From NCBI GenBank assembly GCA_035352955.1, contig DAOPYQ010000006.1, forward strand, positions 90,456 through 154,455: DNA of 64,000 bases. The letters run 5' to 3'. Source of the DNA: Candidatus Omnitrophota bacterium (GTDB taxonomy: Bacteria > Omnitrophota > Omnitrophia > Omnitrophales > Aquincolibacteriaceae). Position 1 is the stretch's first letter, and each line of letters opens with the position of its first letter. This document shows positions 9,469-20,000 of this stretch, piece after piece. The notes below the pieces were generated by a model, which was given only the letters and a program-made list of their open reading frames with translations, searched no databases and was not told the origin of the DNA. Position numbers and translations under genes: made by a program.

Positions 9469-11046
9469 ATGGAAAAGGGATTTCTTTCCATAGTTCTTCA
9501 CGCACATCTTCCGTTCGTCCGCCATCCTGAACACGAATTTTTCCTCGAAGAGACCTGGCTCTATGAAGCCATTACCGAGACCTATATCCCGCTTATCCAT
9601 ATGTTTGAAGGTCTGGAACGGGACGGGGTTCCCTGGCGCCTTACGATGTCTCTTACGCCGTCGCTTATGTCGATGCTTCGTGACGAGCTTTTGCAGGACC
9701 GCTATCTTGCCCATCTCAACAAGCTGATCGAGCTTGCCAATAAAGAGATCGAGCGGACGCGTTTTCAGCCGCAGTATCACGAAACCGCCCTGCATTATTA
9801 CTGGGAGTTTACGCGGGCGAAAGAGACCTTCCTTGACCGTTATCACAAGGATCTGACCCAGGCGTTCCGGAAATTCCAGGACCACGGGCATCTCGAGATC
9901 ATCACTTGCGCGGCGACCCACGGATTCTTGCCGCTCATCAGCCGCAATGAAGGGACCGTTCGCGGGCAGATCAAGACCGCTACGGATCTTTATGAAAAGG
10001 TTCTCGGCCGCAGGCCTATCGGTATCTGGCTTCCGGAGTGCGGGTTCTATCAGGGCGTGGACAAGTATCTCAAGGAGCAGGGGATCCGGTATTTTCTCAC
10101 CGACACGCACGGGATACTTCATGCTTCGCCCCGGCCGAAGTACGGTGTGTTTGCCCCGATCTTCTGTCCGAGCGGTGTCGCTGCGTTCGGCCGGGATGTG
10201 GAATCTTCCAAACAAGTTTGGTCTGCCATCGAAGGTTATCCGGGTGATCCGGACTACCGTGAATTCTATCGCGATATCGGTTTTGAACTTGATTGGGACT
10301 ACATTCGTCCGTATATTTCTCCGGACGGTCTCAGGATTAACACCGGGATCAAGTACCATCGCATTACGGGGAATACCGAGGACAAGCAACCGTATGTTCG
10401 CTCCTGGGCGATGCACAAGGCGGCGAGTCACGCGGGCAATTTCATGTTTAACCGTGAAAAACAGGTCGAATACCTCCACGATTTCATGGGTCGCAAGCCC
10501 CTGATCGTCGCGCCGTATGATGCCGAACTTTACGGTCACTGGTGGTATGAGGGGCCGGACTTCCTGAATTTTTTTGTGCGAAAAACCGCGTTCGATCAGA
10601 AGATGTTCCGCCTGATCGCGCCGTCAGATTATTTCAAGGAATATCCCGTCAACCAGGTTTCGACGCCGTCTTTTTCGAGCTGGGGCTGGAAAGGGTTCAG
10701 TGAGACCTGGCTTTCGGGCGCGAACGACTGGATTTACCGCCATTTGCATAAGGCGTCGCTGCGCATGACCGAGATGACTCAAAAGTTCCGCGGGCAGAAC
10801 GGGATCGCGAGCCGGGCCCTCAAGCAGGCAGCCCGCGAGTTGTTCCTTGCGCAGTCGAGCGACTGGGCTTTTATTATGCACACCGGAACGATGGTTCCGT
10901 ATGCCGTGAAGCGTACGAAGGATCACCTGCTTAATTTTACGCGTCTCTATGAAGATCTGATGGGGGGGCGGCTGGACGAAAGCTGGTTGCGGGAGCTGGA
11001 AGGGAAGAACAATATCTTCCCGGATGTGGATCACGAAGTCTTTTAA
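9469..11046 (+). CDS. glgB: GH57-family 1,4-alpha-glucan branching enzyme
   Basis: 525 aa. N-terminal HAHLPFVRHPEHEFFLEE motif and TxDxHG catalytic region characteristic of GH57 branching enzymes. Confidence 0.85.
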   Translation: MEKGFLSIVLHAHLPFVRHPEHEFFLEETWLYEAITETYIPLIHMFEGLERDGVPWRLTMSLTPSLMSMLRDELLQDRYLAHLNKLIELANKEIERTRFQPQYHETALHYYWEFTRAKETFLDRYHKDLTQAFRKFQDHGHLEIITCAATHGFLPLISRNEGTVRGQIKTATDLYEKVLGRRPIGIWLPECGFYQGVDKYLKEQGIRYFLTDTHGILHASPRPKYGVFAPIFCPSGVAAFGRDVESSKQVWSAIEGYPGDPDYREFYRDIGFELDWDYIRPYISPDGLRINTGIKYHRITGNTEDKQPYVRSWAMHKAASHAGNFMFNREKQVEYLHDFMGRKPLIVAPYDAELYGHWWYEGPDFLNFFVRKTAFDQKMFRLIAPSDYFKEYPVNQVSTPSFSSWGWKGFSETWLSGANDWIYRHLHKASLRMTEMTQKFRGQNGIASRALKQAARELFLAQSSDWAFIMHTGTMVPYAVKRTKDHLLNFTRLYEDLMGGRLDESWLRELEGKNNIFPDVDHEVF

Positions 11047-11074
11047 TCCTACTCAAATAAGAAAGGGAATTTCC

Positions 11075-11284
11075 ATGCAGGAACAGTATTACGGAATCGG
11101 GGAAACGGCGGGGAAGATCTACAAATGTCTCGAACAAAAAGGGGAGCAGACCCTTGCGAAGGTCCAGAAAGATATTGGCGCGGACGCGGACATTTTCAAC
11201 CAGGCGGTCGGATGGCTTGCCCGTGAAAATAATATTAATTTCAACAAGATGGGCAAAAACGTCAAAATTTCCCTGCTGAAATAG
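11075..11284 (+). CDS. small winged-helix-turn-helix protein (DUF2582-like)
   Basis: 69 aa from ATG 11075, preceded by GAAAGGG. wHTH-like pattern. Confidence 0.55.
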   Translation: MQEQYYGIGETAGKIYKCLEQKGEQTLAKVQKDIGADADIFNQAVGWLARENNINFNKMGKNVKISLLK

Positions 11285-11484
11285 GAGCATCCCGGTTGCA
11301 AGCGCTTTGAGGCGCGGGGCGGTCAACGTCCCGCGCCTTTTTTTTTATGTCTATGGCTGGCTTCCCACGCAGGACCCGGCTTTTACCGGTTCGGAGACCG
11401 AGTCTTTGAAATGGTGTGGATCTCTTTTAAGGAAATGCCTCCGGGAACCGATACATATAACCAAAGAGGGGAAGAGGCACGGTT

Positions 11485-12960
11485 ATGCGCAAACATCCGC
11501 AGTTAATGGAGTTGAACGCCTTTTTCTTCGTTTCCAGGATGTCCGAGAAATACGGACGCAAGCTGACGCTTTCCACGGTCCCGGACGAAGAGTGGCGTGT
11601 CTTCGCAGACAGGGGATTTGACTATCTTTGGCTGATGGGCGTCTGGGAACGGAGCCCAGGCTCGCGGGCGCACGCCCAGAAGGAGCCCAATCTTGTCCAC
11701 GCTTATGACATGATCCTTCCGGGGTGGAAGAAAGAGGATGTTGCGGGATCCCCGTACGCGATCCACAATTACGAGTTGGATCCGTATCTCGGCAACCCCG
11801 ATGAGCTTTTCCAGCTCAAGATGAAGCTGAACGGTATGGGGATAGGGCTTATTCTTGATTTTGTCCCCAACCATCTTGCGTTCGATCATCCCTGGACCGT
11901 CGAACATTCCCGGCGTTTCGTGTCCGGTAAGAAGGAAATCCTGAAGGCACATCCGGAGTGGTTTTTTAATACCGCGAACGGAAAAAAGCTTGCCCACGGC
12001 CGGGACCCTTATTTTCCGGCGTGGATCGATACGGCCCAGGTCAATTTCTGGTCTGCCGATCTCCGCCGCGCTTGGCTCGAAACGCTCCAGAAAATCGCCA
12101 AGGTTGCCGACGGTGTGCGTTGCGATATGGCGATGCTCGGGCTCAACGAAGTTTTTCGGGAGGTTTGGGGAGAACATATCTCGGATACGCAGCCGCAGAC
12201 GGAATTTTGGGCCGAGGTGATCCCCCGAGTGAAGCAGATATCGCCCAATTTTATTTTCATGGGAGAAGTTTACTGGGATCTTGACTGGGCGCTTATGCAG
12301 CTCGGGTTTGATTTTACTTATGACAAACGGCTTTATGACAGGCTTTATTACGATTCGCCGGTTTCTGTTCGCGATCATTTGAAGGCGGATCCGATCTACG
12401 CGGACCGGTGTTTGCGTTTTATCGAGAACCATGATGAAGAACGTGCGGTCGTGAACTTCGGAAGAAAAAAGTCCCAGGCGGCTGGCATGATCGCGGCGAC
12501 GATTCCCGGGATGCGGTTCTTCCACGATGGACAGCTTGAGGGGCGGAGGATCCGCACGCCGGTCCATTTGCGTCGCGAGCCCGCCGAACCTGCGGAGGCG
12601 GCGACCCGGGATCTTTACGAGCGTCTGCTGAAATACATCAAACCCGCAGTGACCCATGATGGGACGTGGACGCTTCTTACGACCCGTCCGGCATGGGACA
12701 AAAACGAAACGTACCAGGGAATCATCTCCTGGCTTTGGCAGCAGGGGGATCAGTGGAAGCTTGTTGTGATCAATTACTCGATGATCCGCGCCCAGGCTTT
12801 TGTCAAACTCCCGCAAGTTTTGAACGAGAAATTTTTTATTCAATTCCGCGACGCGCTTACGGGGAAAGCGTATGAACGCGCTGGCGAAGAACTTGCGGCG
12901 AAAGGGCTTTACGTTGACCTTGAGCCGTGGCAGGCCCATCTTTTCGACTTCGTTATTTAG
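11485..12960 (+). CDS. alpha-amylase family glycoside hydrolase (GH13 catalytic domain)
   Basis: 491 aa. GH13 region II-like DFVPNHLAFDHPW and TIM-barrel pattern. Start codon uncertain. Confidence 0.7.
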   Translation: MRKHPQLMELNAFFFVSRMSEKYGRKLTLSTVPDEEWRVFADRGFDYLWLMGVWERSPGSRAHAQKEPNLVHAYDMILPGWKKEDVAGSPYAIHNYELDPYLGNPDELFQLKMKLNGMGIGLILDFVPNHLAFDHPWTVEHSRRFVSGKKEILKAHPEWFFNTANGKKLAHGRDPYFPAWIDTAQVNFWSADLRRAWLETLQKIAKVADGVRCDMAMLGLNEVFREVWGEHISDTQPQTEFWAEVIPRVKQISPNFIFMGEVYWDLDWALMQLGFDFTYDKRLYDRLYYDSPVSVRDHLKADPIYADRCLRFIENHDEERAVVNFGRKKSQAAGMIAATIPGMRFFHDGQLEGRRIRTPVHLRREPAEPAEAATRDLYERLLKYIKPAVTHDGTWTLLTTRPAWDKNETYQGIISWLWQQGDQWKLVVINYSMIRAQAFVKLPQVLNEKFFIQFRDALTGKAYERAGEELAAKGLYVDLEPWQAHLFDFVI

Positions 12961-13052
12961 AATTGCCGCATTCAACGCTTGGAGAGATCCCCATTCTTTG
13001 TTAAGCTGTACAAATCTGACGCATTGAGAGTCAAATTCTATTAGGAGATAAA

Positions 13053-15557
13053 ATGTCGCGAGCCAAGAAAAAGATCCAGGAACCCGAACCCGAGGTCAAA
13101 GAACTCTGGCAACCTGAGCATAAGGGGATGACCAAAGAAGGGCTCAAGCTGTCTTTTAGCTCCAGCCTGCAATACGGGCTCGCCAAGGATCAGTACACGG
13201 CAACTTCCCGCGATAATTTCATGGCGCTTGGCATGTCGCTCCGCGACCGCCTGGTCGAGCGCTGGATCCAGACCCAGCAGGGGTACCACAAAAAGAAACA
13301 AAAACGCGTTTACTACCTTTCCCTGGAATTCCTGATCGGACGGCTCCTCGGTAATTACGTCCTGAACCTCGGTCTTTGGGACCAGACCCAGAAGGCTCTC
13401 GAAGAATTCGGTCTTGATCTCGAAAAGGTCCGCAATGAAGAAGTCGACGCGGGCCTCGGGAACGGTGGTCTTGGCAGATTGGCCGCGTGTTTTCTTGATT
13501 CCATGGCCACGCTCGGGATTCCGGCCCATGGCTACGGGATCCGCTACGATTACGGGATCTTCAACCAGAAGATCGTCAACGGCTACCAAGTGGAATCTCC
13601 GGACGAATGGCTCAAGCATGGAAACCCCTGGGAGTTTGCGCGTCCCGAATACTCCCAAAAGATCAAATTTTACGGCAACACCAACATGTACCACGATAAG
13701 CAAGGGCGCCTTTCGGTGGAGTGGGTGAACACGGAGGATGTCCTTGCGATGCCGTATGACACACCGGTGCCCGGGTATCAGAACGACGTCGTGAATACGC
13801 TCCGTCTTTGGTCGGCGAAGAGTTCCGAAGAGTTCGATTTCCAGTATTTTAACGACGGGGACTACGAGCGCGCGGTTTATGACAAGATGTTCACGGAGAA
13901 CATTTCCAAAGTGCTTTATCCGAATGACGCGACATCGATGGGACGCGAGCTCCGCCTCAAACAGGAATATTTCTTTACGGCCGCTTCCATCGCCGACATC
14001 ATCCGCCGTTTCAAGGAAGACAATGCGGTCCTCAAAAGTTTTCCCGATAAGGCGACGATCCAGCTGAACGATACCCATCCCGCCCTCGCCATCGTCGAGT
14101 TTATGCGCATTCTGATCGATGAAGAGCAGGTCGACTGGGATACGGCGTGGGACCTGACCGTTCGGACCTTTGCCTATACGAATCATACGGTGATGCCGGA
14201 AGCGCTTGAGTGTTGGGCGGTTCCGATGTTTGAAAAACTCCTTCCGCGCCATATGCAGATCGTCTATGAAATCAATGGCCGTTTTCTGAAAGATCTCTCG
14301 TCCCAATATCCTGGCGATCCGGATCGGCTCCGCCGGATGTCGGTGATCGAAGAGGGAAACCCGAAGCGGATCCGCATGGCGTTCCTTGCGATTATCGGTT
14401 CTCATTCCGTCAACGGTGTCTCTGAGCTGCACTCCGAACTTCTTAAGGAGCATCTCTTCAGGGATTTTTATGAGGTTTTTCCGGAGAAGTTCAACAACAA
14501 GACGAACGGGATCTCGCACCGTCGCTGGCTTATCAAGGCGAACCGGCCTCTCGCGAGGCTTCTGGACGAGGCGATCGGAGAAAGTTGGGAGCGGAATCTC
14601 AGCGATCTTGATAAGCTGATTGGCATCAAGAAGGACCGGCTGCTCAAGAAAAAATGGCAGCAGGTGAAGCGCGATAACAAGAAGGTCCTGGCGGAGCTGA
14701 TCCGTGAGAGCACGGGAGTCATCGTGAATCCGGATTCCATATTTGATGTTCAGGTGAAGCGTATCCATGAGTACAAGCGCCAGACTCTTTTTATCCTCTA
14801 CGCCATTTCCGAGTATCTAAAGTTGCGGGAGAACCCTGCCGCGGTTTTGACGCCGCGCACATTCATTTTTGGCGGCAAGGCGGCTCCCGGTTATTTCATG
14901 GCCAAGTTGATCATCAAGTTCATCAACAACGTCGCGGATGTGATCAATCACGACAAGCTAAATAAAGACAAGCTTAAGGTCGTGTTCCTTGAAAATTACC
15001 GCGTGTCATTGGCGGAGAAGATCTTTCCCGCGAGTGATCTTTCCGAACAGATTTCGACGGCCGGAACCGAGGCCTCGGGGACGGGTTGCATGAAATTCAT
15101 GATGAACGGCGCGTTGACCGTGGGGACTTACGACGGCGCGAACATCGAGATCGCCGCGGAAGTCGGTGAGGAGAACATTTTTATGTTCGGACTCAAGGCT
15201 CCGGAAGTTCTGGAGCTGAAAAACCGCGGCTATGATCCGAATGAATTCATCCGGAAATCGCCGCGGCTGGGGGAGATCCTCCAAATGATCCGGAACAATT
15301 TCTTTTCGCCGATGGAGCCGGGCATCTTCGACCCGCTGGTCAATAATCTGACCGGTTCGGACCCGTATCTGGTTTGTGCGGATTTTGACGCCTATTGCGC
15401 AATGCAGGGGCGGATCTCTGAGGAATACCAGGATCAGGACAAGTGGACCGAGAAGGCGATTCTTAATGTGGCAAAATCCGGAAAGTTTTCAAGCGATCGG
15501 ACGATCGAGGAATATGCCAGGGACATCTGGAACGTTCCGGTCCAGATACCGCGCTAA
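13053..15557 (+). CDS. glgP: glycogen/alpha-glucan phosphorylase
   Basis: 834 aa. PLP-site motif EASGTGCMKFMMNGALTVGTYDGANIEI. Full-length GT35 architecture. Confidence 0.9.
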   Translation: MSRAKKKIQEPEPEVKELWQPEHKGMTKEGLKLSFSSSLQYGLAKDQYTATSRDNFMALGMSLRDRLVERWIQTQQGYHKKKQKRVYYLSLEFLIGRLLGNYVLNLGLWDQTQKALEEFGLDLEKVRNEEVDAGLGNGGLGRLAACFLDSMATLGIPAHGYGIRYDYGIFNQKIVNGYQVESPDEWLKHGNPWEFARPEYSQKIKFYGNTNMYHDKQGRLSVEWVNTEDVLAMPYDTPVPGYQNDVVNTLRLWSAKSSEEFDFQYFNDGDYERAVYDKMFTENISKVLYPNDATSMGRELRLKQEYFFTAASIADIIRRFKEDNAVLKSFPDKATIQLNDTHPALAIVEFMRILIDEEQVDWDTAWDLTVRTFAYTNHTVMPEALECWAVPMFEKLLPRHMQIVYEINGRFLKDLSSQYPGDPDRLRRMSVIEEGNPKRIRMAFLAIIGSHSVNGVSELHSELLKEHLFRDFYEVFPEKFNNKTNGISHRRWLIKANRPLARLLDEAIGESWERNLSDLDKLIGIKKDRLLKKKWQQVKRDNKKVLAELIRESTGVIVNPDSIFDVQVKRIHEYKRQTLFILYAISEYLKLRENPAAVLTPRTFIFGGKAAPGYFMAKLIIKFINNVADVINHDKLNKDKLKVVFLENYRVSLAEKIFPASDLSEQISTAGTEASGTGCMKFMMNGALTVGTYDGANIEIAAEVGEENIFMFGLKAPEVLELKNRGYDPNEFIRKSPRLGEILQMIRNNFFSPMEPGIFDPLVNNLTGSDPYLVCADFDAYCAMQGRISEEYQDQDKWTEKAILNVAKSGKFSSDRTIEEYARDIWNVPVQIPR

Positions 15558-15577
15558 GCAGCAGTAAAATACTTTTC

Positions 15578-16936
15578 TCAGGACGTTTTCTTCCCGAAGG
15601 GCAGGAGATTCCACTCCCGTCCTTTTTCCAACAAGGGACGGATCCCCACGACACTGAAAAAAAGCTCGACGCTCGAGACCCTTTGTGTCGATGGACGAAC
15701 CTCATGGAACTGACGCGACAGGAGAAAGTGGGAGAGGAACCGCAGGACGCCCGAAATGAGGAAGAGGGTCAGGATGCGGGAGCCGTTCAGCCGGGGAAGT
15801 TTTTCCGCCAGGAACCCGCCGATCCCCGCGCCGATAAAAGTCGCGATGCCGGTCAGGAAACTGAAATAGCTGAGACACCGGACGCGCTTTCCTGGACTGA
15901 CCGAATCGTAAATGAAATTCAGAGAACAAAGATTGAACCCGCCCCAAACGATCCCCGCGAAAATCTCGATGAGGAAGAGGTAAACCAGGTTATGCGAAAA
16001 GATCCATAGCACCGGGATGAGTGGGATCAGGAGGCTTGTGGTTTTTAGGACCCTGGCGTTGCCGACCACATCCGCGTGCCGGCCCCAGACTGGGAACGAT
16101 ACCAGACTCGCCACGACAGCGCCCATGTGGACGAACATGTAGATCAGGTAATTGAATTTCAGGTCCTGAAGCATGTAAACGCTGAAGTAAGGGGCGGCGA
16201 GCATGGTGGTGAGTGTGATGCACGTGACATAGAGCGTGAATTTCACAAAATTGCTTTTCCGGACGCGGCGGAGGAACATCAGGAACGTGAATTTATCGCC
16301 CGGATTTTTTAGGCGCGGGGCATCCTGCATTTGGGACATGAGTCGGGCGGACATGAAACGCGCGGCAACGATCATGGCGAACAGGATGCAAAAGCCGGTG
16401 GCCGTGGATACGTCCCGGAAGGCGTTCAGGAGTATCCCTCCAAAAACCGTCGCGCCCACGCCGGCGAAACCCACGATGCGTGACCGCCAACCGAAATATT
16501 TTCCGCGGTCTTCCGGGGGTAGATAATCGCTCGCCAGCCCGCTCCAGACGGTGGCGATCAGGTTCATCAGGATCCGGAAGATCGCCACGAAGAAAATAAG
16601 GACTCCGATGCGAGAGGGAAATACCAGTGCCGGAAGTAGGGCGACCGGGATCAGGAAAACAGCCTGCCAGGTGGTGGCGCCGACCAGAAAACGGAGACGG
16701 CTTCCGAGTTTATCGACAAGCCCTGAAGCCAAGAATTGCGAGAAAGAGCCCAGAAGGTGAGGGATTGCGACGAGGAGCCCGATTTGTGACGGACTTGCTC
16801 CGAGGAAAAGTCCGAGCGGGATCAGGTATTCGTCCGTTATAGCCAACATCACGCTTGCGGGGATGCCTTCCTTCCACGAAACGCGCAGGCTCTTTAGATA
16901 GGGGTTCTGTTTAATCTCTTTGAAGATCTTTTCCAT
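15578..16936 (-). CDS. MFS transporter
   Basis: 452 aa, ~12 TM helices, MFS-like loop motifs. Convergent with glgP. Confidence 0.75.
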   Translation of the reverse strand: MEKIFKEIKQNPYLKSLRVSWKEGIPASVMLAITDEYLIPLGLFLGASPSQIGLLVAIPHLLGSFSQFLASGLVDKLGSRLRFLVGATTWQAVFLIPVALLPALVFPSRIGVLIFFVAIFRILMNLIATVWSGLASDYLPPEDRGKYFGWRSRIVGFAGVGATVFGGILLNAFRDVSTATGFCILFAMIVAARFMSARLMSQMQDAPRLKNPGDKFTFLMFLRRVRKSNFVKFTLYVTCITLTTMLAAPYFSVYMLQDLKFNYLIYMFVHMGAVVASLVSFPVWGRHADVVGNARVLKTTSLLIPLIPVLWIFSHNLVYLFLIEIFAGIVWGGFNLCSLNFIYDSVSPGKRVRCLSYFSFLTGIATFIGAGIGGFLAEKLPRLNGSRILTLFLISGVLRFLSHFLLSRQFHEVRPSTQRVSSVELFFSVVGIRPLLEKGREWNLLPFGKKTS

Positions 16937-17015
16937 GGCTTGCCCATGACTTTATCGGCATATCCGGAGCTCTTGATAACCTTGAAGGCTGCTCTAGGGT
17001 TTTAAGGCCCTGTAT

Positions 17016-17023
17016 TGTATAAT
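17016..17023 (+). promoter_or_regulatory. extended -10 promoter element TGTATAAT upstream of the sensor kinase
   Basis: TGnTATAAT read at 17016-17023, ~50 nt upstream of ATG 17073. Confidence 0.4.
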
Positions 17024-17072
17024 ACGGGCGTTGTTTTTTATTCCTCAAAGCTTGTCAGCCGATGAGGTGAGC

Positions 17073-20000
17073 ATGAAAGTGGACCCTTCGAAGCATTGGG
17101 TGGACGGTAAGTATTCCATCCGGGAGCTTGTCGATCTGGGGGAATTGCGTTCTCTTTTCCAGAGTTTTACGGATTCCATGGGTTTTACCATCGGCTTTTT
17201 AAGTATTCCCGACCTCGAGATTCTGATCGCTACCGGATGGCGCGATATTTGCACGAAATACCACCGCCAGTGCCCTCTTGCCATGACCCGGTGCCGCATG
17301 AGCAATGATCGCCTGATCCGCCATCTGAAACGTCCCGGCCAGATCGTGATCGAGGGCTGTGAGAATGGGCTGGTCGACTGTGCCACACCTATCATCATCA
17401 AAGGCAAGAAGATCGCCATCCTCGCGACCGGCCAGGTCCTCCTCAAACCGCCCGATATGAGCTATTTCAAGAGACAGGCCAAATTGTTCGGATGTAATGG
17501 AGCCGCCTACCTGCGTGCCGTAAAAGAAGTTCCCGTGATCTCCGAGAAAAAACTGAAACAGGCGACGCGATTTCTGGGTGAGTTGGCCCACATGATCATT
17601 CAGATGGGCCATGCCGGTCTTGCGGAGAAAGAGCGTGCCGAAGCCCTAGGGCAGGAGATTCGCCGGCGGGAGGGGACAGAGATCGTGCTGAAAGACACTC
17701 TGGATCAATTGGGAGCCCTCTACGACGGTATGACCGACGGTATCATTGTGGGCGATGTGAAGACCAAAAAGCTCCTTAAGGTTAATGCGAGCGCCTGTCG
17801 GATGTTCGGATATTCCGAAAAAGAAATCCTCACAAAAAAAGTTCGGGATATGCATCCTCAGCAACACCTGAAAAAGGTTTTTAGTTTCTTCCGTAGCTTG
17901 ACGCGAAAGGAGAAACTTGTTGCATTGGATGTTCCGTGCAAGAAAAGGGACGGCGCTGTTTTTTTTGCGGATGTTGCGGGAAATAAGACCCGTTTTGAAG
18001 GAAGGGATTGTCTCGTCGGATTCTTTCGGGATGCCACGGAAAGGAAAATGGCGGCAGAATCTCTCCGGATGAGCGCCAAGGATTGGCAATCTACATTTGA
18101 TGCTGTCACGGACGCTGTCTGGCTCCTGGGCCTGGACGGGCGAGTTCTCCGGACTAACAAGGCAGCTTCCCGGTTATTTGGGAAAAAATCCGGAGAGATC
18201 CTCGGACACCGTTGCTGTGAAATGGTTCACGGGACCTCCCAGCCCCCTAAAGAATGTCCCATGCTCAGGATGCGAAAGACGCTTCGTCGTGAGTCCTCGG
18301 AGATCCGTCTCGAGGACCGGTGGCTTTCCATAACGGTGGACCCCACTTTTGACAAGGCCGGTGTCTTGAACGGTGCCGTCCACATCGTGAGTGATATTAC
18401 GGACCGTAAACGGTTGGATCTGTCACTGCACGAAAGCGAAGAGCGGTTACGCATGGTCCTCGACAGCTCCCTCGACCTGATCTATCGGCGTAATTTGAAG
18501 ACCGGCTGCTACGATTATCTTAGCTCTGCCGTCAGGCGGCATACAGGCTATGCCGCGCATCAGTTGGTGGGAGCAAAGGCCGGACGTTCGATGTTTCGGC
18601 GCATTCATCCTGAAGATCTTCCGCGCGTGCGGAAGGCTTTGCTTGCCGCCCGGTTCGGTCGGGAAGCTCAAGGAATTTTGGAGTATCGGTTCCGTCATAG
18701 AAATGGCAGGTACCGGTGGTTTTCTGATCGCTTTACAGTTGTGAAGGACGAGACCGGGCGTCCGCTTCATTGGTTGGGCGTGTCCCGCGACGTTACGGAA
18801 CACAAGAAAATAGCCGGGGCTCTCGTTGAAAGTGAAAGGCGCTATCGTCTCCTGACCGAGAATTCGAGTGACGTGATATGGACCATGAATTTAGACGGAA
18901 AATTCACCTATGTCAGCCCGACGACCTACCAACTTCGCGGTTATACTTCCGAGGAAGTTATGCGCCAACCTCTGGACAAACAGGTCGCGCCGGGCTCTTT
19001 GCCTCTGGCAATAGCAACCCTGGATCAAGTGCTCAAGAAAGGCCGGAGGGGGATTCTTGTGCCGCGGAGGGTTGTTGATGTGGAGCAGCTTTGCAAGAAT
19101 GGTTCTACGGTCTGGACTGAAGTTTCAATTGAGCTTGTCCGGGATAAAGTGAACGGTGTTCTTTTTCTTCTGGGAGTGACGCGGAACATTACGGAGCGTA
19201 AGCGGACTCTTGAGGAGTTGGAAAAATACCGCGGGCATCTCGAAGAGATTGTGATGTCGCGGACCCGGGAGGTGAACGACGCCCGGAACTTTTTGGACAA
19301 GATCATTAACACCATGGGGAACCCTGTTTTTGTCAAGGACCGGAAACACCGCTGGGTTCTCCTGAACGATGCGTATTGCAAATTTATGGGGTATCGCAGG
19401 GAGCAGCTGATCGGTAAAAGTGACCGCGACTTTTTTTCGCCGGGAGAGGCCAAGGTTTTTTGGGCCAAGGACGAGATTGTTTTTCGAACCGGAAAGGCCA
19501 ATGTTAACGAAGAGAAATTCACCGACGCGAGAGGCTGTACTCACACGGTACTTACGAAGGAAGTGCTCTATAAGGAAAAATCCGGACAGAACTATATCGT
19601 TGGGATCATTACCGATATTACGGAGCGGGAACGAACGGAGCATCGGATCCGTGAAAATGAGGAGAAAATCCGGCGGATCACCAACGCGCTCCCCTCGGTC
19701 GTCTACACTTATCAGATGACGCCGGATGGTAAACAGCAGCTCACGTTTCTCAGCCCGCAGGTGAGAAAACTTTTCGGGATCTCTCAGCGTTCAGTCTTGA
19801 AAGATTTCTACATCCTTTGGAATCGGGTCGTCAAGGAGGACCGGAAGCCCCTTTATGCATCCATCCGGAAATCTTTCAAGGCACTAACTCCTTGGGAGTA
19901 TGACTTCCGCATCATTACACCGACGGGGATCCACAAATGGATTCATGGGGAGTCCGTTCCGGAGAGGCCTCTTCCCGATGGGCATGTCATCTGGCATGGC

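Noticed and set aside
13041-14768. 575-aa minus-strand ORF antisense to glgP
   Set aside because: glgP on the plus strand has unambiguous phosphorylase motifs. The antisense ORF is an Arg-rich shadow.
17031-17072. TTG-initiated 14-codon extension of the sensor kinase
   Set aside because: No RBS. ATG 17073 is preceded by GAGGTGA. The upstream extended -10 promoter would place the TSS after 17031.
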